From positions 4,030,001-4,094,000 of the forward strand of contig OX597830.1 in NCBI GenBank assembly GCA_951406725.2: a DNA stretch of 64,000 bases. Direction: 5' to 3'. Source of the stretch: Octopus vulgaris. Its lineage: Eukaryota. Each line of letters opens with the position of its first letter. Positions within the stretch are counted from its first letter, which is position 1. Positions 52,711 through 64,000 of the stretch are shown in pieces. A model generated the notes under the pieces. It was given only the letters and a program-made list of their open reading frames with translations. It was not told the DNA's origin and made no database searches. The position numbers and the translations under genes are program-made.

Positions 52711-53227
52711 TTTTTTTTTTTTTAACTTGAGCTTTTTTGCCTGTAGCTCTTGTCCTAATCAGGCAATTTCCCTGAAACTCTGCCAAGTTAAAGATTTGGT
52801 GAGAAATATCCATAATTTCCAACCTGAAAGTTATTCAGATGCGTTCAGTCAGAATATTCTTTTTCATCCACCAAATTCATTTTCAGACCATTATTGCTTA
52901 TGTCTTCTGCTTGTTTCTATACAATGTGAAAGTTGATTTTCCACTGACTGCATCATTCAGTTGATAGGGGTCAGTGAGTGCCTGTCAATATTCCAGATGC
53001 TAAATCCTCTGCTCTTGAACCAGGGCTGCAAGTCAGTCAAAGGAATAAGCTGTGTTTAGAAAAGGGTAAGGTGTGTTATATTAATGGTAGCCACAACTAT
53101 TCCTTATCATTTTCGTTGTGGTCACGAATCGACCATCTCTGTAGATGTATCTGCCCAGGTGTGACCATCTTTAGTGAGGGCAGTCACAGCATCCTGAGAC
53201 ATGTGCGAAGAGGTTGTTTGCAGCAAA

Positions 53228-53450
53228 TACGAGGGGGCTGCTGGAAAGTTCCTAGCTTAAAGGTTTTCACAAAAGGCCTGGTTGAAGTCCCCAAACTTCT
53301 GAGTTCTTTTACAGGGCTTAGAAAAACTGAAGGACCTCTGCAATAAGTGCGTGAATCTGGGAGGGGAATATATTGAATAAAATCATAATTAACAGATCCT
53401 CCTCTATTTTCTATTACCCACACCCAGGAACTTTCGAGCAACCTCTCATA
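53228..53450 (+). mobile_element. Mariner-derived internally deleted element
   Basis: TA-cgagggggctgctggaaagttcct ... aggaactttcgagcaacctctca-TA; remnant FTGLRKLKDLCNKCVNLGGEYIE* resembles a mariner transposase C-terminus. Confidence 0.8.
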
Positions 53451-54939
53451 GATTTCCTGACTGTTAGTAATGAAGACAAGGTTAGAGAAGTGAAATAAGA
53501 GGAGAACTGGTGTTGATATAATAATCGACCAATAACTGTAGCAGAATTTGCTTATTCTCATCAGATTTCTTTCAGATAATATTTTACCGATATTACTTAA
53601 GTAGATGTAAAAGGACATATGTAAAATAAAATCAGAACTAAATAACATTATTCTGTTAGTATTCTTTGGCATTGACTTTTTACTAGTGTCAGGTTAGCCA
53701 TATTGTTAACTTGATGGAATTAAACAAGTAAATAAATCTTAAGCGTCTTTACAGAAAATTTCAAATGAATTTAATCAGTTTATTAAAAATATTTACAAAC
53801 ATTCTTCAATTAAGGAAGTTTTCAATTTGATCAATTTGAAATAAATTTACAAATTATATTTTAAGATTCATTGTTTATAGATTATAGAATGCACTAAGTT
53901 CTTGTGATCTTGAACTTTTTCCCTGCAATTTTAGAATTCAACCTATTTTCTCTGCATTTTTAGTTTTAAAGTTTAAAAGAAAATTATTGATTGAATTTTT
54001 TTAGTGAAAGCTTCAAGTAAACATACCAAAAATAAATGTATGATTTATGCAAAGAGATTAACAACAGCTTGCAGACATCTATTTCTAATGAAATATATTA
54101 AAAATGTTAAGCATAATGTTTTATGTATATGGTTAAATGCATCTCATCTTCTCACAGACTGATTCATAAAAGTGCTCGCAGACAAGCACATACAAATGTG
54201 TGGGTGTGTGTGATTATATACGCATATATATGTCTATAGGTGTATATTCACAGACACACCTCTAGACCAGCTTCTCATTTACTTATGTACAAACTTCCCC
54301 ATTTTCATGATTATTGTTAGCTTTCATCTGTGTATTTGTAATGTGTTTTGGCACAACTACGAAGAACACAAATACATTATAACTTAGCTTTTATTTCTCT
54401 TTAACTCTTTGAGCAGTTCTCTAAAATTTGTTTTTACCGTTTTTCTTGTAAAAACAGATTTTTTTTGAGTGCTTGCAGATTGGTAAACATTCCATTACTT
54501 CAGAGTAGAACACTTTATTCTGCATTCCCACAGTTGACTTTACTGTTGGAAACATGTTCCAGATATTGTAGTAAAAAGATCAATAGAGTTGATATCTTAT
54601 TGATGCTTACTTTTCATCATGAAAGTCAAGCCTGATGCTAGATGTAGTTCATCGTCTGGTTTAACACTAACCACATGGATCTGGTCTACTTTTTGTTGCA
54701 AGTGTTTGAGGCCAGGTTTCCACTCTGAAGATAACATCTTATCTTCTTCCACCCCAAAAGAGTTTGGAGCACCACCCATTTCTTCCTCTGGATCACTCAT
54801 TAAAAGAAAATGGTCTATAATTGATTTTATTTTTAATTCATTAGAAAGTTTCTGTTCCTCCATCATATCGTAACCTCTCAACATCAGGTATAAATCTCCC
54901 ATTCTCTCAGCAATAACCTCTCTGCCTAGGGAGCATTTT

Positions 54940-55157
54940 AGTCTTGCATGTGACATGGTGACCCCACTAGTGCTGGAGTCAGTGAAAAAGTACCCAGTCC
55001 TCACACAATAAAGTGGTTGGCATTAGGAAGGGCATCCTACCATGGAAATCTTGCCAAAGCAAATACTGGAATATTGGAGCTCAGCACAGTCCTCTGACTT
55101 GTCAGGTCCATCTCATAGCACCATGGAGGACAGACGTTAAATGATGACAACGACGAC
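54940..55157 (+). mobile_element. Old RTE 3'UTR fragment
   Basis: gtggttggcattaggaagggcatcc...gacgttaaatgatgac. Confidence 0.75.
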
Positions 55158-56147
55158 ATTTGTCATAAATGAAAAACATTGAAAGCTGAAATTCAGTGTC
55201 TATTTTCTCAGGTCTTACCCATAATGCCCTTTTTTTTTATACATTTCCTTACTTTAAATGGTTGAAACTACTTATTTTCAAAAACTTAAATTACCATAAA
55301 TCAAAACTGTGTGAATAAAACTGATTGACATTTCAAATATTTATGATCTATCAATATTAATAATACTCAATGCTGGTTGCTTGGCCACATTAAAAATGTT
55401 ACATTGCCTTATATGGAATTATCCTGACTCTGCCTTTTCACTGTCTACCATTGTCGCTACACCTTCTCTATCTTTACTACTTCTCAATTTCCTCCTCCAC
55501 GCCTCCTCTTTCTATTTCTATAACTACTTCTTTCTTAGTTGGATGTGTTTATATTTGGAGATAGAACATGTATTATATAAAGACCACCAAATTGAGTGAC
55601 GTATTTTACAGATTGACACATACATCGCAGATGGTACGCTCACTTCAATAAGCATACACGTGTGTGTGTGTGTATACACACACACACGCACAGATGATGA
55701 TGATGAGGATATAATTTCAGTCTGCCAAATATATTCACAACAGTTGTGGCAAATTTGGCACCTCTTTTCCAAGTATGTTCATAATTGGGCAATGGGTATA
55801 TATTGATAAAGTGTATATAAATGAATTAAGTTTATATAAACTAATATAGACATTTAAACTAACAATGGATGTATAAGCTAATGAGGGGTGAGTACACTAA
55901 TTGCTCTTTTTTGTGGGTAGCAGAACAAAGATTGGAAATTATGGCCATGCTGCCCAGCAACTAAACTTCAATAGTTAAATTATAAAATAGAAGTTCATAT
56001 CTCTTTCAATACATGTGTGTGTATGCATGTGTGCTATCTTTATGTATGATATAAGTTGTATGGATCTTAAAACTTTTCCCATGTATGTATATGTATGCAT
56101 GTATGTATGTGAATGTATATGTGTGGGTACTTATATACATACATAAG

Positions 56148-56236
56148 TACAGTTCTATATTTGCGAGAAGAGGAATTAGGTACATTATTTACATTTGACG
56201 AATATTTGTCCTCATCTTGTTTGCTGTTAACACAAC
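56148..56236 (-). mobile_element. Solo 3' segment of the hammerhead-SINE family
   Basis: Reverse complement gttgtgttaacagcaaacaagatgaggacaaatattcgtcaaatgtaaataatgtac...atagaactgta matches 33031-33128. Confidence 0.85.
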
Positions 56237-56301
56237 AAACAAGTATTAAGAAAGTATAAGAAAATATTAGATTTATAAGCCCTAAAATTCACTCCATAAT
56301 T

Positions 56302-56515
56302 GCCCATGGGCATATGGCATAGTGGTAAGAGCATGGGCTACTAACCCCATGATTCTGAGTTCGATGATAATAGTAATAATAACATTGAAAAATACCTTAA
56401 GAATGAGAACCCAGGTTCGAAATTTCCCCAAGACACCTGAAGAAAGCTGGAGAGTATAAGATGAGGACAAACAACAAACAAGATGAGGGCAAATGTCCGT
56501 CAAATGGAAATAATA
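56302..56515 (+). mobile_element. Second, rearranged copy of the hammerhead-SINE
   Basis: Same tRNA-like head and aatttccccaagacacCTGAAGAaagctgg; the GAAAC half is replaced by a local duplication. Confidence 0.85.
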
Positions 56516-58096
56516 TAAGTGCCATGATTATCTTAATCAAGTAATAAAAAGATAATGTTGGGATGTAAAGGTAAACAGTTACTAACAGACGAATCATAGA
56601 AAGGCTTTGAGACTGATTGGTTAAATCCTGTCAATTTCTTGTTGGGGCCTGATTCTATGATCAGAAAGCAAAAGGACTCAGCCATTGATGTGTCACTGGC
56701 AGCACCTTAAACCTATTTGGTCTGAAATCTTTGTATAATTGTCAAACATTCTGTGTGTGTGTGTCTGTGTTTATATATTACCACATGTGTAAATGTAAAT
56801 ATTTTTTAATGAAACTATGATACTAGCTCATCTAATATAGGAATCATAAACTACGCAGTGTTTGTAACTGAGGAAGGTATGTATAATTAATCCCATATGC
56901 CAACAAGGAAACTGATATTTAGAAATGTTCTGACTCAGTGAGAAAAACCTCTCAAACATTTACATTAGTGGTATGATTAACAAATAATATCATTGAAACA
57001 AATGAAGTAGATTTGTGATAGTGTGATATCTTTAATGTTTCAACTAAGACAAGATATATCTTGGATAATACTTGATATTATAAGCAGAAAATATAAGGAA
57101 AATATGAAAATAATATACAAGAAATATTAATTCGTTTATGAGTTTTTGACATTTGAAATGCCTGAAAGTATCATGTTAGCACTTGTACAACTTAAATGAC
57201 AGTTACAGATTGGGCCATAAAATATAAAAGACCAGAGTCAGTAACAGGATCTGAACTAGAACTCTTTTCATGAACAGCCTTGCATGCTTATCACTTTTCC
57301 AGCTCCATTTTCATCTCTAGGCTGAAAATGAATAAAATTTAGCCCTTTTACCATTTCGGTTTTTATTTCTGTAATGATCACAATTTCAATTATGCTATCT
57401 TCATTTATTATCTTTTAAATTACAAAGAACAGTTTGATTGGAGGAATGTCTTGCAATAATAGAGATGTCTTTTGTGGTCTTATTAAAGCTAATATCGTAT
57501 CTACAATTATATTAAATTATTCTGTTTATAATTATACATTTTAATCTTATAGATTATTCCTTCACATTCTATTAACATTGAAGCGTCTCTCTGAGCAATT
57601 CTCTTGTCAATGATAGATTTCATAAAATATGTTTTCAATCATAGTTATAATTTACTTTATCAGAAAACCAGAGGATTTAACTTTTAGGAATACTTTAATA
57701 AGAAAAGGGTGTAATTGCATGTTAATGCAAGCTGAATGGAATTTTGGTTTGAAGGTTAATGTATAACTACTGGAATTATGTAGTAAATGTGACTAAGAAT
57801 TATTTGTTTACCCTAGAGACAAAACAAATAATATGAGAATGTGGAGAAAATTGTAAATGATAACTTTAAATAAATGTCATTGACTAGTTGAAACTGGTTG
57901 CATAAACTAGAGACCAAATGAAACTTATTTAAGTGCAACATGGTAAATCTTTACATAAGATATTTGGGTATAAACTAAAGAAGAGGTATTAAATCATTAT
58001 GAGCATATAAGAGAGTGAGGATCAAAAAATTTGTTTGCTGACATCTATATACAAAATTGACCAGCTTTATTTAGATTCAGAGAACTTGTGGGGGTA

Positions 58097-58145
58097 GCTT
58101 TGGCTGAAGAGATACAATAATGCTGAAACACTGGTGTCTCAGAGT
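58097..58145 (+). ncRNA. Degenerate type I minimal hammerhead ribozyme motif
   Basis: gctttgg-CTGAAGA-gatacaataatgct-GAAAC-actggt-GTC-tcagagt; stems I and III pair, stem II is weak. Confidence 0.55.
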
Positions 58146-59689
58146 CTCTCGATGTCACTGAATATGTATGTTGTCAACACATCAGCTGATTGGAGAAAGT
58201 AAAATGCAATAGGGATTCATATATTCACATTCAAATCTTCTGAAGTATGTTAAGAATGTACGTATATATATATATATATATATATAACTTAGGAATTACT
58301 GTATAACTATTTCAGCAAGTTGAAATGTAAGATTTTAAAAGAAATAACTATTTAGAAAAAATAGTTTGCCATATTTTTGTTGAGCTGGGTAAAATAAAAG
58401 TTAAAGCTGATAAGTATAAACATGGTTTCTTATATAATCAATTCCTCATCTCATTCATATTTAATAAATTGCAATGTTCCTCTTTCGGATGTGTTTCTGA
58501 ATAGTGCTTCAATTACAGTATGCATACATACATTCACATAAACACACGCACATGTATATAGATACACATACATACATACTCACACTTAGACACACACATA
58601 AACACAAACACACACACACACACAGTAGATGAAAGAACAGATAATGGATCTTCAATAACCAAATTCTTGCAGTCATACAGAGTATTATGGGGCCAATTCC
58701 CAATAAAATCTGCATATAAAGTTTAGATTTTAGGGATTAATAAACTAAAGATACATGTCAAAATGTCATATTCATTCAAGTTGTACTTCTATCATTGAAT
58801 GTCAAATATATTATGCATTTATAATATGCATTCATATAGAAACATTCTCGTAAAATTTTACATAACGTTTTTATTTTCATTTGTAGTATTCCGCTAAATT
58901 ACTTTAATCTAAATTACCCATCTAATAATTCAACTTATACTTTTTAATTTATTGTATTTTGTTTTGGGTCTCTTCAGAGTATATTTTTGGCTAAAATATG
59001 ATTTTTAAACTTAGAAGTTCATTTTGAAACAGAAACAGGAAATCAATGATCCCAGCAATAAAATACAACAATACTTCGTGAACACAGAGAAATTGTGATT
59101 GTATTTCAATTGAATATTCCCTTTATTTCATCTATTTCAAATAATTACACAAGCAAAAAACACACTAGTTGATCAATGTTAATAACAGGAAAAAAACCTT
59201 CTCCAAGTTTCATGAAATTGCAATAACGTTATGTTCCCCAAATAGCAATTGTTCATGACTACCTCACAATAGTATTATAACCCTGTTGAGCTAAAGTGGC
59301 AGAGTCTAAAATTATCCACCCTGCGATGAATATAGATTGACTTAAATTCCATAGAATTAAATAACATGGAATGATATTGTTATTCTCCATGATACTGATT
59401 CCATGACAAGCTAAATAATCTTTTTATTTTGGATAAAAATGTATTTTTTGAAGTTACAGAACAGATTTTGTTATCACAGTATCAACCAGACCATCAGTAA
59501 CTACTGGTTACCATACACTTCCAATTTTGTCTTGAACACACCATCCTTTTTTATCTTGGTCCAAATTGCTGGACTAAATCATTTTCCCACCACCATGGGA
59601 AAGATCAGAAAAGTTGCCTTTTCTGATCTTTTGGATACCACTCAGCTTCTGCACGGATCCGTCTACTGTCAGTGAACCTTGTGACACGT

Positions 59690-60391
59690 CACAAAGAAAA
59701 TGAATGGGAGAAAGAGAGCCTGCCAATTGTCGACCCAACAGAGGGACCAGCTATCCGAGTTGACAGTACCTTGGTAGTTAAAGCAACTAAAAGTATGAAG
59801 ACAGGGAAAGCCCCTGGCCCATCAGGAATCACTGCAGAGATGCTCAAAATATCTGGCAGTGTCAGCCTGGTCACCCGTATAGTTACCAGGTGATACACGA
59901 AGGAGTCATACCCAATGACTGGTGTAGCAGCACTATAGTCAACTGCTACAAAGGAAAAGGTGACGCCCTAGATACAAATAATTACAGAGGTATCAAGCTC
60001 TTGGATCCGGTAATGAAGATCACGGAGAGGGTCATAGCCCAACTAATTAGGGAGAGAGTTAGTTTAGATGAGATGCAGTTTGGTTTCGTGCCAGGGAAAA
60101 GCACCACTGATGCTATATTTCTGGTTAGACAGCTGCAGGAGAAATACCTAGCCAAAGATAAGTCCCTGTACCTGGTTTTCGTTGACATGGAGAAAGCCTT
60201 CGACAGGGTCCCCTGATCTCTTATCTGGTGGTCAATGAGGAAACTAGGGATGATGAATGGTTAGTGAGAGCCGTGCAAGCCATGTACGGGGACGCTGTCA
60301 GTAAGGTGAGGGTTGGCAATGAGTACAGTGAAGAATTCTGGGTGGAGGTAGGGGTCCACCAAGGTTCAGACCTCAGCCCTCTCCTATTCAT
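59690..60391 (+). mobile_element. RTE LINE, N-terminal part of RT (5'-truncated, disrupted)
   Basis: KAPGPSGITAEMLK, IPNDWCSSTIVNCYKGKGD...NYRGIKLL, QFGFVPGKSTTDAIF, FVDMEKAFDRVP, GVHQGSDLSPLLF. Confidence 0.95.
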
Positions 60392-60689
60392 ATATGGAAA
60401 TAAGCCAAAATTGTGTATAAAGTATTTTAATTTAAGATCTGGCAGAGAGTTCCTTACAAGAGATTAGAGATCACATGACATCAAATCTATACTATGAATA
60501 TATTTTTACAGGGTACATCTGGTACAACACTGCTGGTATGTGGATATGCTTATAAAATTTAAAGACACTTCTACACATACGACTTTTGAATATATTTTGT
60601 TCACACTCAAAATTATCAAAGCATGGACTACAATATCCATATCCCTGGTTAGCTACAAGGAAACTGAATCCTTCATAAATTCCAATCTT

Positions 60690-62066
60690 ACCAAAATTCA
60701 CCAACACAATTTCAAATTTTAAAGGATTGTATTTTTCATTTTTCTTCTTTCTTTACAATCCTGGAATCAAATGGACATGATGGATCAATTAATGAGCAAC
60801 TTTGCTTTTCCTTGTCTATTATTGTTATGACTGGTTCGTTATTTTCCAATTTCTTATTCACTTAAATGGGAAAATCCCATAAAATCTTGCACTTTACTGA
60901 TTCAAGCTATCTTTCCACCCGATGATTGTACCAACTTCAAATCCTCATCTCTGACAAAGCTGCCGGTGCAAAACTTTCACAACTCGATCATGTCTCCATC
61001 TCTTATATTCTGCCTGAGCCAACTTTAGACATTCTGCAACAATGTGTGCCATTGTTTCATCCCAAATTCCGCACACTCTACATTTTGCTGGCACCTTCTC
61101 CTCATACACATAATTTCTCATATTTTATTGTTTTTATTGCTTGATCTTGAGCTGCTATAATTAGACTCTCTGTTTCTTTTTTAATTGATTTCTTTTTCAC
61201 CAATCCCTGGATTTTGTTCTACAAACACCCTCAGTGGCTTTCCATAACTGACAATACAAATGTTTCTCTACAATCCACTTAACACGACCTCTTTAAATTT
61301 CCTTTTTATCCTTTCCTCCTATTCCACACAATTGATCACCTGCTCCTTATTCACTGCCTTTACTAGTTTTTCCTGTGCTGTTGCGTAAATATTCTGCCAG
61401 GTATTTTTCTTCTCATCTGTACACACTCTTCCACCTTGGTCTCTCTTCAAGTAACATCAGTTAATACCAGCTTTTTGGATGGTGAGCTCCATACATTGTC
61501 AACAGCTGTCTATGTTTTCTACCAACTTCCTCTCTGTTGCTTTTGGTCCAATCTGTGATTCCACTTCCGTATCTGATTTCCGATACTGCTCTTGCCTTTA
61601 TTGCTTCAATAACATTTTTTGAACTCAACTTGGACTGTAATATTTTCCCCAATCTCTTTGTATACTCTCTGCAAGTAATTTGCTTCTTCCCTTCAGGTTT
61701 TATTTCATCTGCCTCCAAGATTCCCAAACACTTATTCCACTGCTATCCTTTCTCAACTGTTTTCATTGTTTGCCCATTTGGCATTTCAATTCCCTGGTTT
61801 CTTTCAAATCTTCTTCATTTCATCATCAATATAGCACACTTTTCAATCTGAAATTCCATTCCTACATCACTTGAGAAATGCAAACAGTATATATAAGACT
61901 TTTAAGCTGCTTTCCATTTTTTGCATAAAGTGTCATAGCATCTATAAAAAGGAGATGATTTATCTGACCAAATCCTTTTTCCCAAATCATAAGCTATTTT
62001 AACTTCTCATAATATCAAACTGAGTGGTATCATGGCCAATACAGATAGTAATGGAGATAGGCTATC
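60690..62066 (-). mobile_element. Decayed R4/Dong-clade LINE 3' half (RT, CCHC knuckle, restriction-like endonuclease), inside the inverted insert
   Basis: DSLSPLL, INHLLFID, GILEADEIK...LLTMYGAHHPK, KCRVCGIWDETMAHIVAEC...RHD, KILWDFPI, LIDPSCPFDSRI. Confidence 0.9.
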
Positions 62067-62212
62067 ATCATCATCGTTTAACGTCCACTTTCCATGCTAG
62101 CATGGGTTGGACGGTTCGACTGGGGTCTGGGAAGCCAGGAGGCTGCACCAGGTCCAGTCTGATCTGGCAGTGTTTCTACAGCTGGATTCCCTTCCTAACG
62201 CTATCCGACTAT

Positions 62213-63695
62213 ATCATAGTCCTCCAGGCAATAACGGAGGAATTCAAGACAGGATGCCCTGGGAGCTCCTCCATGCTGATGACCTTGTTCTAATTGCTGA
62301 GTCACTAACAGAACTAGAGGAGAAGTTTCAAGTGTGGAAATAAGGATTAGAATTGAAGGGCCTTAGAGTCAACCTAGCTAAAACCAAAGTCCTAATAAGT
62401 AGGAAGGTAAACAAATCACAAACGCCTTCAGATAGATGGCCCTACTCGATCTGTAGAAAAGGTGTAGGTAGAAACTCTATAAGATGTACCAAGTGTAAGC
62501 TATGGACACATAAGAGGTGCAGCAATGTCAAAGGAAGGCTAACTAAGAAGATAGTTTTTGCATGTGGCAGATGCTCAGGAGCAATAAACACTGAAAATGT
62601 GCAGAGAACAACTTCTGTCACATTCCAGGGAGAAAAACTAGAAGTAGTTGATAGCTTCCATTACCTAGGTGACCAAGTCAATAGCAGGGGCGGGTGTGCT
62701 GAAAGTGTAACAGCTAGAGTAAGAATAGCCTGGGCAAAGTTCAGAGAGCTCTTACCTCTGCTGGTGACAAAAATCCTCTCGCTCAGAGTAAAAGGCAGAC
62801 TGTATGACGCATGTATACGAACAGCCATGTTACATGGCAGTGAAACATGGGCCATGACAACTGAGGATATGTGTAAGCTCACAAGAAATGAAGCTAGTAT
62901 GCTCCGATGGATGTGTAATGTCAGTGTGCATACTCGACAGAGTGTAACTACCTTGAGAGAAAAGTTGGACCTAAGAAGCATCAGTTGTAGTGTGCAAGAG
63001 AGACGATTGCACTGGTATGGTCATGTGGCAAGAATGGATGTCGATAGTTGTGTGAAAAAGTGCCACACCCTAGCGGTTGAGGGATCCTGTGGAAGAGGTA
63101 GACCCAGGAAAACCTGGGAGGAGGTGGTGAAGCATGACCTTCGAACATTAGGTCTCACCAAGGTAATGACTAGTGACCGAGACCTTTGGAAGTATGCTGT
63201 GCAGGAGAAGACCCAGCGGGACAAGTGGGACCATAACCCATGGCCTCTATCTGGGATGTAGCCAGCCCACTTATGCATGCCTTTCACTCTTGGGACAGAA
63301 AACTCTGCTTGCGAAGACCTGTTGAGGCAAGTGAAATCGGAATCGAAATCGAAATTGCTCAAAAGTTGTAGTTGTGGTACCAGTGCCGGTGGCACATAAA
63401 AGAACCATCCGAACATGGCTGTTGCCAGCGCCGCCCTGACTGACCTCCGTGCTGGTGGCACATAAAATGCACCAACTGATCGTGGCCATTGCCAGCTTCT
63501 CCTGGCACCTGTGCCTGTGGCACGTAAAAAGCACCCACTACACTCATGGAGTGGTTGGCGTTAGGAAGGGAATCCAGCTGTAGAAACACTGCCAGATCAG
63601 ACTGGACCTGGTGCAGCCTCCTGGCTTCCCAGACCCCAGTCGAACCGTCCAACCCATGCTAGCATGGAAAGTGGACGTTAAACGATGATGATGAT
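62213..63695 (+). mobile_element. RTE LINE, C-terminal part of RT, 3'UTR with tandem gtggcac(a/g)taaaa units, (GAT)n tail
   Basis: IIVLQAITEEFKTGCP, WELLHADDLVLIAES, 302-aa ORF 62353-63261 with Cys/His cluster, HGSETW, WYGHVARM, GRGRPRKTW. Confidence 0.95.
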
Positions 63696-64000
63696 AGCCT
63701 ATCTCCATTACTATCTGTATTGGCCATGATACCACTCAGTTTGATATTATGAGAAGTTAAAATAGCTTATGATTTGGGAAAAAGGATTTGGTCAGATAAA
63801 TCATCTCCTTTTTATAGATGCTATGACACTTTATGCAAAAAATGGAAAGCAGCTTAAAAGTCTTATATATACTGTTTGCATTTCTCAAGTGATGTAGGAA
63901 TGGAATTTCAGATTGAAAAGTGTGCTATATTGATGATGAAATGAAGAAGATTTGAAAGAAACCAGGGAATTGAAATGCCAAATGGGCAAACAATGAAAAC
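63693..64000 (+). mobile_element. R4/Dong-clade LINE RT fragment (runs off the window)
   Basis: DSLSPLLSVLAMIPLSLIL*EVKIAYDLGK...INHLLFIDAMTLYAKNGKQLKSL...SSDVGMEFQIEKCA. Confidence 0.9.

Larger units (their letters stand above)
61759..64000. repeat. Inverted duplication: 61759-62201 is the reverse complement of 63558-64000
   Basis: No mismatch or indel seen by eye over 443 bp; paired coordinates sum to 125759 at both ends. Confidence 0.97.

Noticed and set aside
58960-58980. Minus-strand CTGAAGAGACCC, matching the start of the 43.2-kb hammerhead
   Set aside because: No closing stem II strand or GAAA follows.
63385-63535. Three spaced gtggcac(a/g)taaaa repeats, superficially CRISPR-like
   Set aside because: Eukaryotic context, the intervening sequences resemble each other, and they lie inside the RTE 3'UTR.

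Overview
AT-rich, microsatellite-dense eukaryotic DNA with no convincing host protein-coding exon. The repeat repertoire (two tRNA-derived SINE families, RTE LINEs with (GAT)n tails, R4/Dong-like LINEs, Penelope-like relics, CR1 relics, Helitrons, piggyBac- and mariner-type MITEs) looks like a coleoid cephalopod, probably Octopus (inference from memory, not a search). Most ORF-track entries are microsatellite or repeat artefacts. Main observations: (1) a textbook zero-length-exon AG|GTAAGT site with branch point and polypyrimidine tract at 11621/11622, a candidate recursive-splicing ratchet point suggesting the window lies in a giant + strand intron; (2) a 289-bp TSD-flanked retroposon joining a tRNA-like Pol III head to a minimal hammerhead ribozyme motif with no poly(A) tail (32837-33125, more copies near 56.1-56.5 kb), a candidate Penelope-mobilised SINE; (3) four further hammerhead-like motifs, several in short modules embedded in (TA)n arrays; (4) a 363-bp near-perfect palindrome; (5) an RTE reverse transcriptase split in register by a ~1.8-kb insert that is, as far as visible, an exact inverted copy of its own downstream region. 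All coordinates and alignments were read by eye, and repeat boundaries are approximate unless termini are quoted.
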